Source: Bacteroidota bacterium
GTDB taxonomy: Bacteria; Bacteroidota; Bacteroidia; Palsa-948
NCBI GenBank assembly: GCA_004297845.1
Contig: SCSP01000278.1
Coordinates: 1-44,952, forward strand
Direction: 5' to 3'
Length of the DNA: 44,952 bases
Positions 33,744 through 42,542 of this stretch are shown one piece after another (the stretch's first letter is position 1; every line of letters begins with the position of its first letter). The position numbers were made by a program, and so were the translations under genes. The notes beneath the pieces are model-generated. The model searched no databases, was not told where the DNA came from, and saw only the letters and a list, made by a program, of their open reading frames with translations.

Positions 33744-36700
33744 TCATTTCTTTATCGTTGCAAGAATACTCACCGCAGTGTCAATATCTTTTATGTTCTC
33801 AATTTTGAGTGTCAGTTTACTTTCGCCCTCATTCATGGAGCAGGTTTTTGGATTGCTTTGTACAAACTGTAAAATCTGCGAGAATTTTTTGCTTTGGTAG
33901 TAAGGCGATTTTTGGTTAGAGACAAACCAAGCGGTGATTTTTTTATTTTTCAAAATAAGTTTTTCAAAACCAAGTTCAACGGCCAGCCATCGAAGGCGAA
34001 CTACACTAATCAGTTTTTTCACCTGATTGGGAACAAGTCCAAATCGGTCTTGTAAATGTTTTTCGAAAGCGACAAGTTGATCCTCTGTTTTGCTGTTGTC
34101 TAATTGCCGGTATAGTGCAATTCGTTCCGAAATGCTTTCAACATATTCTTCCGGAATCAATACTTCCAGATCGGTATCTATTGTGCAATCGCGAACGAAG
34201 TTTCTGTCCTCTAAGTTCCGGCTTCCGGCTGTTTCATTGCCTACTGCCAACTGCCTGCCGTCTACTTCTTCACGCAATTCCTGCATCGCTTCATCCAGAA
34301 TTTTCTGATACATCTCGTAGCCAATATCCGTAATGAACCCGCTTTGCTCTGCTCCCAGCAGATTCCCCGCTCCGCGTATATCGAGATCGCGCATGGCAAT
34401 GTTGAATCCGCTGCCGAGGTCTGAAAATTCTTCTATGGCACGAAGGCGTTTTTTTGCTTCGTTGGTGAGGGATGCGAAAGGGGGAGTGAGCAGGTAGCAA
34501 AATGCTTTTTTATTGGAACGGCCCACGCGTCCGCGCAATTGGTACAGGTCGCTTAGCCCGTAGTTCTGTGCATCGTTGACAATTATTGTATTCGCATTTG
34601 CAATATCCAATCCGGATTCAATGATGGTGGTACAGACAAGCACATCGTAATCTCCCTCTATAAAATTAAGCATGGCTTTTTCAAGCGCTTCACCTGTCAG
34701 TTGCCCGTGGGCGACAAGCACTCTTGCCTTTGGGCATAACTTCTGAATGAGTTCGGCATATCGCCCAATATTCTGTACGCGGTTGTGTACGAAGAATACT
34801 TGCCCGCCCCGTTGAAGTTCGTATTCGATGCCCTCTTTGATCGTTTTTTCGTTGAACTGACCCACTTCTGTGTGAATGGGATATCGGTTAGGAGGCGGGG
34901 TGTTGATCACGGAAAGATCCCGTGCCCCCATCATGGAGAACTGAAGCGTTCGCGGAATGGGCGTTGCGGTGAGTGTAAGTGTGTCCACATTCTCTTTCAG
35001 TGTTTTCAACTTGTCTTTTGCGCCAACACCGAATTTTTGCTCTTCATCCACAACCAACAAACCAAGGTCTTTGAATTTTATGTCTTTTCCCAGAAGGCGG
35101 TGAGTACCGATAAGTATATCAACTTTTCCTGCTTCTAATTTTTTCAATGTTTCCTTTTGATCCTTCAAAGATTTAAACCGATTTATGTAATCCACCGTGA
35201 CGGGAAATCCTTTCATCCGCTCTGCAAAAGTCTTGTAGTGTTGAAGAGCGAGAATGGTGGTGGGTACGAGCACTGCAGTTTGTTTTCCATCCAATACTGC
35301 CTTGAATGCCGCACGAATGGCAATTTCTGTTTTTCCGAAGCCAACATCTCCGCAGATCAGCCTGTCCATGGGGAATTCCTGTTCCATGTCGCGCTTCACA
35401 TCTGCAGTTGATTTCACCTGGTCCGGGGTGTCTTCGTATAGGAAGGAAGATTCTATTTCATTCTGCAGATAATTATCAGGAGAAAAGGCAAACCCTTTCT
35501 GCGCTTTCCGTTTCGCATAAAGTTTGATCAGATCGAAGGCAATCTCCTTCACCTTTTTTTTTGTTTTTCGTTTCAGGTTCGTCCATGCGTTGGAGCCGAG
35601 CTTGTCCAAACGGGGTGCTTCACCCTCTTTCCCGGAATGTTTGGCAATCTGGTGAAGTGAGTGAATGCTTATGTGAAGTGTGTCGTTGTCTTTGTAAACC
35701 AATCGAATTGCTTCCTGCCACCTCACCCCCGACCCCTCTCCTGCAGGAGAGGGGAGCACTATCTTCTCCATGCCACCAAAACGACCAATCCCGTAATCAA
35801 TGTGGGTGACATAATCTCCTGGCTGAAGGGACTTCAGCATTTTAATGGTAAGCGCCTCGTTCTTTTTAAAATTGCTGTTCTTGAGTTTATATCGGTGATA
35901 GCGCCCAAATATCTGGTGATCGGTGTAGCAGGAAATTTTGTTGTCGTTGTCAATGAAACCTTCGTGTATTCCTCCCTGATCCTCTCCGAACGGAAACCGC
36001 ATAGCTATTTCCACCGTTGCTGGGAAAAGGCTTTCGTAAATTGCCCGAAGCCGTTCCATTTGCTTCGGATTGTCAAAAAGAATAAGATTGCTGTATCCGT
36101 TTGAGTTTTGTTTGTTCAGGTTCTCAAACAACAGGTCAAAATTTTTGTTGAAGGAAGGTTGGGGGGAGAAGTTGAAACCGACCTCACCCATAATCTCTCT
36201 TCTTGAGGAGTGGGGAGAAGAACTAAATTCGATGCAGGGAACATTTGAAAATTCACTTTTCAGTTCCTCGCTGGAAATGAAAAGTGTGGATGCGTCTTTT
36301 TCGAGTACTGATTTCAGCCCTTCGTCAATAGTGCTGAGAATATGGTTTTCGTTGTCGAGCCAGACGAAAAGGTTACTTTTGCTTTCCAGTATGTAGTCCA
36401 GAATAGAGGTTGATTTTCCCTCTGCTAATTTCTCCTGAATATTCGGAAGGATACTTGCTTTGTCAAAATTCTGAAGTGAGAGCTGGTTGGCGGTATCAAA
36501 TGTTCGGATGGACTCCACTTCATCTCCTGCAAGTTCGATGCGGAAGGGGGCATCATTGGCGAAAGAAAATATGTCCACAATCCCTCCGCGAACAGAATAT
36601 TGTCCCGGCTCTATCACGTAATCACACCGTTCAAACCCATACTCATTTAAAAGGTCGGTTAAAAATTGCAGGGAGATTTTTTCTCCTTTATTAATATCAA

Positions 36701-37172
36701 TCGAATTTTTTTCAAGAAACTCTTTTGAAATAACTTTTTCTGCAATGGCCTCAGGATAGGAAATGATGGTAAGTGATCCCTGTCGGATGGCATTTAATAC
36801 TTCGGCTCTAAGTTGAATGGAGGGTGTGCCCAGTTCCTCGGTAGTGAAGGGACGCTTGAAGGAAGAAGGGAAAAACCTCACCCCCGACCCCTCTCCCGCA
36901 GGAGAGGGGAGTGAAACAGCCAGGGTTTCCAGATCATTCAGAACATAGGCTGCCTGTTCTTTGTCCTGTAGAATAACCAAGTGGATACCCGGCCGGTGCT
37001 CCGAAACTGCACGGATTATGAAAGAAGCGGAAGAACCGGAAAACCCCTTTGCGGAAACCGACTTCTTTTCTCTTAGACATTCCGAAATGGACAACACCCT
37101 TTCATCTCCGAAATAAATTTTCAGAAGCGATGAAAGATCAATAGCAGAATTTTCTGCTTGCCCCATATACAT
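33744..37172 (-). CDS. mfd: Transcription-repair coupling factor
   Basis: 1142 aa. UvrB-homology N-terminus, GDVGFGKTE (Walker A), DEEQKFG, the TATPIPRT helicase core and a TRG/C-terminal domain. It holds two in-frame repeat insertions. Confidence 0.95.
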   Translation of the reverse strand: MYMGQAENSAIDLSSLLKIYFGDERVLSISECLREKKSVSAKGFSGSSASFIIRAVSEHRPGIHLVILQDKEQAAYVLNDLETLAVSLPSPAGEGSGVRFFPSSFKRPFTTEELGTPSIQLRAEVLNAIRQGSLTIISYPEAIAEKVISKEFLEKNSIDINKGEKISLQFLTDLLNEYGFERCDYVIEPGQYSVRGGIVDIFSFANDAPFRIELAGDEVESIRTFDTANQLSLQNFDKASILPNIQEKLAEGKSTSILDYILESKSNLFVWLDNENHILSTIDEGLKSVLEKDASTLFISSEELKSEFSNVPCIEFSSSPHSSRREIMGEVGFNFSPQPSFNKNFDLLFENLNKQNSNGYSNLILFDNPKQMERLRAIYESLFPATVEIAMRFPFGEDQGGIHEGFIDNDNKISCYTDHQIFGRYHRYKLKNSNFKKNEALTIKMLKSLQPGDYVTHIDYGIGRFGGMEKIVLPSPAGEGSGVRWQEAIRLVYKDNDTLHISIHSLHQIAKHSGKEGEAPRLDKLGSNAWTNLKRKTKKKVKEIAFDLIKLYAKRKAQKGFAFSPDNYLQNEIESSFLYEDTPDQVKSTADVKRDMEQEFPMDRLICGDVGFGKTEIAIRAAFKAVLDGKQTAVLVPTTILALQHYKTFAERMKGFPVTVDYINRFKSLKDQKETLKKLEAGKVDILIGTHRLLGKDIKFKDLGLLVVDEEQKFGVGAKDKLKTLKENVDTLTLTATPIPRTLQFSMMGARDLSVINTPPPNRYPIHTEVGQFNEKTIKEGIEYELQRGGQVFFVHNRVQNIGRYAELIQKLCPKARVLVAHGQLTGEALEKAMLNFIEGDYDVLVCTTIIESGLDIANANTIIVNDAQNYGLSDLYQLRGRVGRSNKKAFCYLLTPPFASLTNEAKKRLRAIEEFSDLGSGFNIAMRDLDIRGAGNLLGAEQSGFITDIGYEMYQKILDEAMQELREEVDGRQLAVGNETAGSRNLEDRNFVRDCTIDTDLEVLIPEEYVESISERIALYRQLDNSKTEDQLVAFEKHLQDRFGLVPNQVKKLISVVRLRWLAVELGFEKLILKNKKITAWFVSNQKSPYYQSKKFSQILQFVQSNPKTCSMNEGESKLTLKIENIKDIDTAVSILATIKK
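35719..35755 (-). repeat. GC-rich palindromic element copy inside mfd (copy 1)
   Basis: CACCTCACCCCCGA-CCCCTCTCC-TGCA-GGAGAGGGG, read as LPSPAGEGSGVRW. Confidence 0.85.
36876..36910 (-). repeat. GC-rich palindromic element copy inside mfd (copy 2)
   Basis: CCTCACCCCCGA-CCCCTCTCC-CGCA-GGAGAGGGG. It differs from copy 1 by one loop base and is read as LPSPAGEGSGVRF. Confidence 0.85.
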
Positions 37173-37214
37173 TATAAAGATAGCGAGAAAATCCTGATGC
37201 AGTTGGCTACTGTT

Positions 37215-37252
37215 CCTCCTCTCCTTTGGGGAGGGGGTTAGGGGGAGGGGTG
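37215..37252 (+). repeat. GC-rich palindromic element copy, intergenic (between TPR gene stop and mfd start)
   Basis: CCTCCTCTCC-TTTGG-GGAGGGGG-TTAGGGGGAGGGGTG. It ends 2 nt before the stop codon at 37254-37256. Confidence 0.8.
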
Positions 37253-37253
37253 T

Positions 37254-39425
37254 TTATTGTCCCGTCAATTCCCTAACCTTATCCCTATACTCTTCCGATT
37301 TATCTTTATCGCCCATCAGCTCGTAGGTTACCGCTAAGTTTCCCAATGCCTGTGTATTAGTGGGATACAATGCAACAACTTTGTTCAGCACTTCAATATT
37401 TTTAGGATAGTTTTTGAGCATTCCGTAGCAATTTGCCAGGTTTACGAGTGCATCTACAAAAGTTGGATTTAATTGTGTAGATTTATCCAGACAACGAGCC
37501 GCATTTACATAATCGCCTTTCGATGCGTAGTCGGTTCCGAGTTTGTAGTAGAACTGAAAATCGCGGGTATTCTCCGGTGTTGAATTCTCTACCGAATCAA
37601 GATTAGTGGAAGTAGGAAAAATCCGCACATCCAATCCTGTCTTTTTCTGGTGATTGTCCCGGTTTTTTTTACCATCCGGGAAATACGGATTCACATCTAC
37701 CGCTTTGTTATAATAATAAGATGCCACTTCATTTTTTCCGAGACCTTCATATAGAATCCCCATGTTGTTATAGCTGATCGCATAACCGGGCGCTTCCTGA
37801 ATGGCACGGGTATAATAATAGATAGCTGAATCATTATTTATCCGCACGGTTTGATACGCAACGCCTAATTTGAAATAGGCATCACCGAATCGTGGATTTA
37901 TTCTCAATGCCTCCTTGATCTGCCCGGTCCCTTTATCAAACCATTCGTTTTTTTCTTTCTGGTCCTTTGCTGAAATTCCCATGTTGATGAGCTCGCTTCC
38001 GTAATGCCTGCGTACCTGGCAGGAGTTGGGGGATGCATTTACATCGGTGGAGAAAAGCGTCATGTTATCGTGCCAAATAGGGTTGCGGGTAACTGTCTTG
38101 AAAGAATACAGAATGAAAATGACCAATAAGAGGCCCGGTCCCAAACCCTCCCGAAGGGAGGGGAGTTTGTACGACTTTTGCATCCAATAATTTTGGATTG
38201 TCGCCCAACCCGAGCTTCGCTCCCAACCTACGGTTGTCCTTTGGGGAGATACGAGAGAGGCTAAACACACAATGACTATGCTGAATCCCAGGGAGGGAGC
38301 GTATAAGAATCGTTCCGCAAAAATGCCTCCGCGAAGAAATACAAAGGCCATCGCGGGGGCCAGCGTGGCGCAGAAGAGCAGGACACCCAACGATACAGGA
38401 TTTTTTTTAAGCAGGCCTTTGAAACTGAAATATGCGAGGGTTATAGTAAGCAGGAATCCGAACAGCACACCGGCCGAGGCAAAGGTTACAGCGGGTATCT
38501 GGTTGTAGGAGTAATCATAAGTCAGCGGGTGAGGAAATAGTATCATCCGGATAGAATGCATAAAGATATAGAATGTGGTAGGGAGTTTGGTGCCTGCTTC
38601 GGCATAGGGGTAGTTTACAATGTCTTTTGGGATTTGCGCTTCAAGTGATCCAAGTACACCCAATTTGTGCATTTGAAAAATAAGTATCATTAGCGCAAAT
38701 GGAATTGCCCTGAGCAAACTTTGTTTGAAATTCAAATTGGATCTGAAAAATATTGCCAGAGGGGCGATGAGCAGTCCGGTCATGGCCGATTCTTTGGAAA
38801 GCAGGGCGAGATAAAAGAAAATAGAGGAGAGGATCAGAAGTTTGAAATTTATTTTTGTATCCTTGTAAGCTGCGAGCAAGATGTATATTCCAACGATAAG
38901 ATTGAGAAAGGATAGTATCTCATCCCGGCTTTTGATATTTGCCACTACTTCCGTGTGAATGGGGTGTGCAATAAACAGCAGCGTAATTGCAAAGGAAAAT
39001 ACGGGATGATAATTCCGGAAAAGATTCATCAAAAGCATGCAGAGGAAAAATCCGGTGAGGGCGTACAGAATCACATTTCCCAAATGGCTCACATGAGGGT
39101 TGCCCGGAAAGAATTCATTTTCAATGGCGAACGTAATCATGGAGAGGGGGCGGTAATACCCCAGGTTCACATTATCAAAATGCCACATACCAACGCTCAG
39201 GATCTTTGGAATACCGCTGATACCTTCTGTTACATATTCATTCCCGGTGATTGCGCCCACATCGTCCAGCACATATTCATGCTTAACGGTGTCCAGATAA
39301 AGACAGAAACCAACTACTGTGCATATCACCGCGAACCATATATTTGGTTCAAAGGTTGGTAATACAGCTTGTTTGGGCTTTGCCTGTTTTTGTGGAGCGC
39401 TTTTTATAGGTTTCTTGGGAGCCAT
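37254..39425 (-). CDS. Polytopic membrane protein with C-terminal TPR repeats (TMTC / PMT-like glycosyltransferase architecture)
   Basis: About 10 TM helices at the N-terminus, followed by multiple TPR units (AYFKLGVAYQ, AISYNNMGILYEGLG, VDALVNLANCYG, ALGNLAVTYE). Confidence 0.75.
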   Translation of the reverse strand: MAPKKPIKSAPQKQAKPKQAVLPTFEPNIWFAVICTVVGFCLYLDTVKHEYVLDDVGAITGNEYVTEGISGIPKILSVGMWHFDNVNLGYYRPLSMITFAIENEFFPGNPHVSHLGNVILYALTGFFLCMLLMNLFRNYHPVFSFAITLLFIAHPIHTEVVANIKSRDEILSFLNLIVGIYILLAAYKDTKINFKLLILSSIFFYLALLSKESAMTGLLIAPLAIFFRSNLNFKQSLLRAIPFALMILIFQMHKLGVLGSLEAQIPKDIVNYPYAEAGTKLPTTFYIFMHSIRMILFPHPLTYDYSYNQIPAVTFASAGVLFGFLLTITLAYFSFKGLLKKNPVSLGVLLFCATLAPAMAFVFLRGGIFAERFLYAPSLGFSIVIVCLASLVSPQRTTVGWERSSGWATIQNYWMQKSYKLPSLREGLGPGLLLVIFILYSFKTVTRNPIWHDNMTLFSTDVNASPNSCQVRRHYGSELINMGISAKDQKEKNEWFDKGTGQIKEALRINPRFGDAYFKLGVAYQTVRINNDSAIYYYTRAIQEAPGYAISYNNMGILYEGLGKNEVASYYYNKAVDVNPYFPDGKKNRDNHQKKTGLDVRIFPTSTNLDSVENSTPENTRDFQFYYKLGTDYASKGDYVNAARCLDKSTQLNPTFVDALVNLANCYGMLKNYPKNIEVLNKVVALYPTNTQALGNLAVTYELMGDKDKSEEYRDKVRELTGQ
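38133..38165 (-). repeat. Degenerate GC-rich palindromic element inside the TPR membrane protein gene
   Basis: CCCTCCC-GAA-GGGAGGG hairpin with a GGTCCCAAA flank, read as LPSLREGLGPG. Confidence 0.6.
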
Positions 39426-39476
39426 CAGAGTGAGGCGAATTTACGAATAAGTATAGTTCCTTATCTTTACATCTCC

Positions 39477-41105
39477 ATGAAAAGGATTTTTTTTCTGATA
39501 CTGTTTGCCATTCATGTATTGGCTTCTTTCGGACAACCAAAACTCGTTGTTGGCATTGTGGTGGATCAGATGCGCCATGACTATATTCAGAGATATTGGA
39601 ACAAGTTTGGAAATGAAGGTTTTAAAAGGTTGGTAAATGAGGGATTTTCCTGTAATAACACGAATTACAATTATGTACCCACCTTTACCGGACCGGGACA
39701 TGCGTCCATTTACACTGGCGCCACTCCGTCTGTTCATGGAATTGTTTCCAATGAATGGAGAGAAAAAATGACAGGCGATAGGATCTATTGTGCAGACGAT
39801 AAATCGGTTACTACTTTAGGAGGTAAGAGCAATGCCGGACAAATGTCACCGAAAAATTTAATTACGTCAACAGTGGGGGAAGAATTAAGAAAAGCAACTA
39901 ACAATGCATCAAAGGTCATAGGCATCGCGCTGAAAGACAGGGGAGCAATTTTGCCGGCAGGACATAAGTCAACCGCGGCATATTGGTTTGATGTTTCTAC
40001 CGGAAACTGGATATCCAGTTCGTATTACATGAAGGAACTCCCTGCCTGGGTAAATGGTTTTAATAAAAAGGAATCTGCAAAAAAATATTTAACCCGGCAA
40101 TGGAGTACGTTGCTTCCGATAGAGCTGTATACAGAAAGCGATGCGGACGACAATATTTGTGAAGAGTCATTCAAAGGAAAAGAAAAACCTGTGTTTCCTT
40201 ATGACTTACCTTCTCTAATGAAGAATAATGGCAGTCTTGGTTTGATACGAAGCACTCCTTTCGGCAATTCTTTCACCAAAGACTTCGTACTGGAAACAAT
40301 TAAAAATGAAAAGATGGGGAAAGGTACTGTGCCGGATTTTCTTTGCATCAGCTTTTCTTCCACGGATTATATTGGTCACCAGTTTGGTCCTCAAAGTGTG
40401 GAGGTGGAAGACTGCTACCTGCGTCTGGATAAAGACATTGCAGATTTTCTGAAATTCATGGATGAATGGGTGGGTAAGAGTAACGCACTGGTATTTCTCA
40501 CTTCGGATCATGGAGCTTCCGAAGCGGTTCCCTGCCTTCAGAAGAAGAATATGTATACGGGAGTGATCCATGAAAAAGCGATCTCGGATTCGTTGAAGAA
40601 ATTCCTGCTGCGCACCTATAAGGATACCCTTATGGTTATTGTAAATGATTTTGATGTGTATTTTGACAGAAAAAAAATAGAACTCAAGAAATACGATATT
40701 CAGGAGATCAGGCAGTCGGTCGCGGGATATCTGCCATCCCTGAAAGGAATTGCGTATGCAATTTCATCGGATAAGATACAGGAAGATCGACTTTCTTCCC
40801 CGGGCCGATGGGAACAGGACACGATTCATTTAAAAGTGAAAGCAGGATTTTATTCGGAACGTTCGGGCGATGTAACCTTCGTTCTCAAACACGGATGGCT
40901 GCAGGGATATGAAAAGGGAACTTCGCATGGCTCACCTTATAAATATGATACGCATGTGCCTCTGATTTGGTGGGGACATACTGTAAGTTACGGAAGTACG
41001 GAAGAAGATCTGACGATTACGCAGATTGCTCCTACAGTATCGGATATTTTGAAGATACCGGTGCCGAATGGATGTACAACAAAAGCAATTCAGTTAGTGA
41101 AATGA
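39477..41105 (+). CDS. pafA: PafA-type alkaline phosphatase (nucleotide pyrophosphatase/phosphodiesterase superfamily)
   Basis: Signal peptide, then VVGIVVDQMRHDY and the VPTFTGPGHASIYTG Thr-nucleophile motif, plus TSDHG. The start is at 39477; the track ORF begins at 39369. Confidence 0.82.
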   Translation: MKRIFFLILFAIHVLASFGQPKLVVGIVVDQMRHDYIQRYWNKFGNEGFKRLVNEGFSCNNTNYNYVPTFTGPGHASIYTGATPSVHGIVSNEWREKMTGDRIYCADDKSVTTLGGKSNAGQMSPKNLITSTVGEELRKATNNASKVIGIALKDRGAILPAGHKSTAAYWFDVSTGNWISSSYYMKELPAWVNGFNKKESAKKYLTRQWSTLLPIELYTESDADDNICEESFKGKEKPVFPYDLPSLMKNNGSLGLIRSTPFGNSFTKDFVLETIKNEKMGKGTVPDFLCISFSSTDYIGHQFGPQSVEVEDCYLRLDKDIADFLKFMDEWVGKSNALVFLTSDHGASEAVPCLQKKNMYTGVIHEKAISDSLKKFLLRTYKDTLMVIVNDFDVYFDRKKIELKKYDIQEIRQSVAGYLPSLKGIAYAISSDKIQEDRLSSPGRWEQDTIHLKVKAGFYSERSGDVTFVLKHGWLQGYEKGTSHGSPYKYDTHVPLIWWGHTVSYGSTEEDLTITQIAPTVSDILKIPVPNGCTTKAIQLVK

Positions 41106-41150
41106 CAATAGGATGAATATTTAGTTGAAGCAGTCTTTTAGTTTCGTGAG

Positions 41151-41187
41151 ATTGCTTCGTCCTGATCAGGGCATCAGGACTCGCAAT
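41151..41187. repeat. Compound hairpin / REP-like element (ATTGC...GTCCTGAT-CAGGGC-ATCAGGAC...GCAAT)
   Basis: An 8-bp perfect inner stem plus a 5-bp outer stem, lying between the pafA stop and the MFS ATG at 41189. No T-tract follows. Confidence 0.6.
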
Positions 41188-41188
41188 A

Positions 41189-42481
41189 ATGTTACACAAT
41201 GAAATGACCAAACAAAAAATATTTACCCGCACCATCTGGACACTCGGCTTTGTGAGCTTGTTTGCTGATATTGCCAGCGATATGCTATATCCCGTGATGC
41301 CCATCTATCTGAAATCAATTGGTTTCACGGCACTTTGGATAGGTGTTCTTGAGGGTTTTGCAGAAGCGGTTGTGGGTTTATCCAAAGGATATTTCGGAAA
41401 ACTTTCGGACGAAAAGGGAGTCAGAATGCCGTTTGTACGCTTGGGGTATTTTGCTTCCGGAATAGCAAAATCCATTATTCCATTTTTTGCTTCTCCCGTA
41501 TGGGTTCTGTTTGCCCGTTCTGCCGATCGTCTTGGGAAGGGTATTCGTACAGGAGCAAGAGACGCTGTTCTATCAGACGAATGCAGTAAGGAGAATAAAG
41601 GAAAGGTATTTGGTTTACACAGAGCTATGGACACTATTGGCGCTGCATTGGGGCCACTGGTTGCTCTGGCTTATCTGTATTATTTTCCGGAGGATTATAA
41701 AACACTTTTCTTTATCGCTTTTGCTCCGGGTATGATCAGTGTTGGGCTGACTTTTCTTGTGAAAGAACGATCTCCTCTCGAGTTGCGCCACCTGCCTCCG
41801 GTAGTCCCGAAGGGCGAGAATTTGAAGTTGCCTGTACCGCCCCCCTTTGGGTCAGACAGAAGTGCTGACTCTCGCAAAGCGGAGGGGCGGAGGGGCTTTT
41901 CTTTCTTTTCCTACTTATCCTATTGGAAGATGTCTTCTCCGGAATACAGGAAGGTGGTTCCCGGATTGCTTCTCTTTGCTGCATTCAACAGCTCGGATGT
42001 TTTTCTGCTGCTGATGGCCAAGCACATGGGCATTGCCGATCTTGATATAATCATGGTCTATATTTTTTACAATCTGGTGTATGCACTTTTCGCTCTCCCT
42101 TTCGGGCATCTTGCCGACAAAATGGGAATGAAAAAAACATTTATGCTGGGACTTATGCTTTTTTGCATCACCTATGTCGGAATGGCATTTGTGCGGGACA
42201 CACCCATGCTCTTCGGATTGTTTTTTATTTATGGATTGTTTTCCGCGGTGAATGAAGGAGTCTCCAAAGCGTGGATCGCAAAAATTGCCGATCCTCAGGA
42301 AACGGCAACTGCCATTGGATTTTTTTCCAGTGGAACCAGCATTGCAGCCATGATTGCCAGTACAGGTGCCGGATTGATATGGGTTACTGCCGGAGCGCAG
42401 ATAACATTTTTGATTTCTGCAGCGGGCGCTTTCCTCGTTTTTATTTATCATCTTCTGAACATGCGGGATCGACTTATATAA
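41189..42481 (+). CDS. MFS transporter
   Basis: 430 aa with a 6+6 TM pattern. MFS loop motif GKLSDEKGVR / RSADRLGKGIRTGARDA. The central loop is expanded by a GC-rich insertion. Confidence 0.85.
   Translation: MLHNEMTKQKIFTRTIWTLGFVSLFADIASDMLYPVMPIYLKSIGFTALWIGVLEGFAEAVVGLSKGYFGKLSDEKGVRMPFVRLGYFASGIAKSIIPFFASPVWVLFARSADRLGKGIRTGARDAVLSDECSKENKGKVFGLHRAMDTIGAALGPLVALAYLYYFPEDYKTLFFIAFAPGMISVGLTFLVKERSPLELRHLPPVVPKGENLKLPVPPPFGSDRSADSRKAEGRRGFSFFSYLSYWKMSSPEYRKVVPGLLLFAAFNSSDVFLLLMAKHMGIADLDIIMVYIFYNLVYALFALPFGHLADKMGMKKTFMLGLMLFCITYVGMAFVRDTPMLFGLFFIYGLFSAVNEGVSKAWIAKIADPQETATAIGFFSSGTSIAAMIASTGAGLIWVTAGAQITFLISAAGAFLVFIYHLLNMRDRLI
41837..41890. repeat. Long imperfect GC-rich hairpin within the MFS central-loop coding region
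   Basis: CCGCCCC-CTTTG-GGTCAG...CTGAC-TCTCG-CAAAG-CGGAGGGGCGG. It is translated in-frame (PPPFGSDRSADSRKAEGRRG). Confidence 0.6.
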
Positions 42482-42488
42482 ACATATT

Positions 42489-42520
42489 ATTGCCAAAATA
42501 AATTATAAATTATACATTTG
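42489..42520 (+). promoter_or_regulatory. Bacteroidota-type promoter (ATTG, 20-nt spacer, TACATTTG)
   Basis: TACATTTG at 42513-42520 matches TAnnTTTG. An aTTG lies 20 nt upstream. It sits 22 nt before the ATG at 42543. Confidence 0.4.
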
Positions 42521-42542
42521 CAACTGGTTGATAACATACGCT

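Noticed and set aside
39369-39476. Upstream extension of the pafA ORF
   Set aside because: It overlaps the divergent TPR gene's start and has no signal peptide. The Met at 39477 gives a canonical signal peptide.
41915-42496. 193-aa minus-strand ORF opposite the MFS transporter
   Set aside because: It is antisense to a confident MFS gene. Its Cys/His/Lys-rich composition is typical of a reverse-frame artefact.
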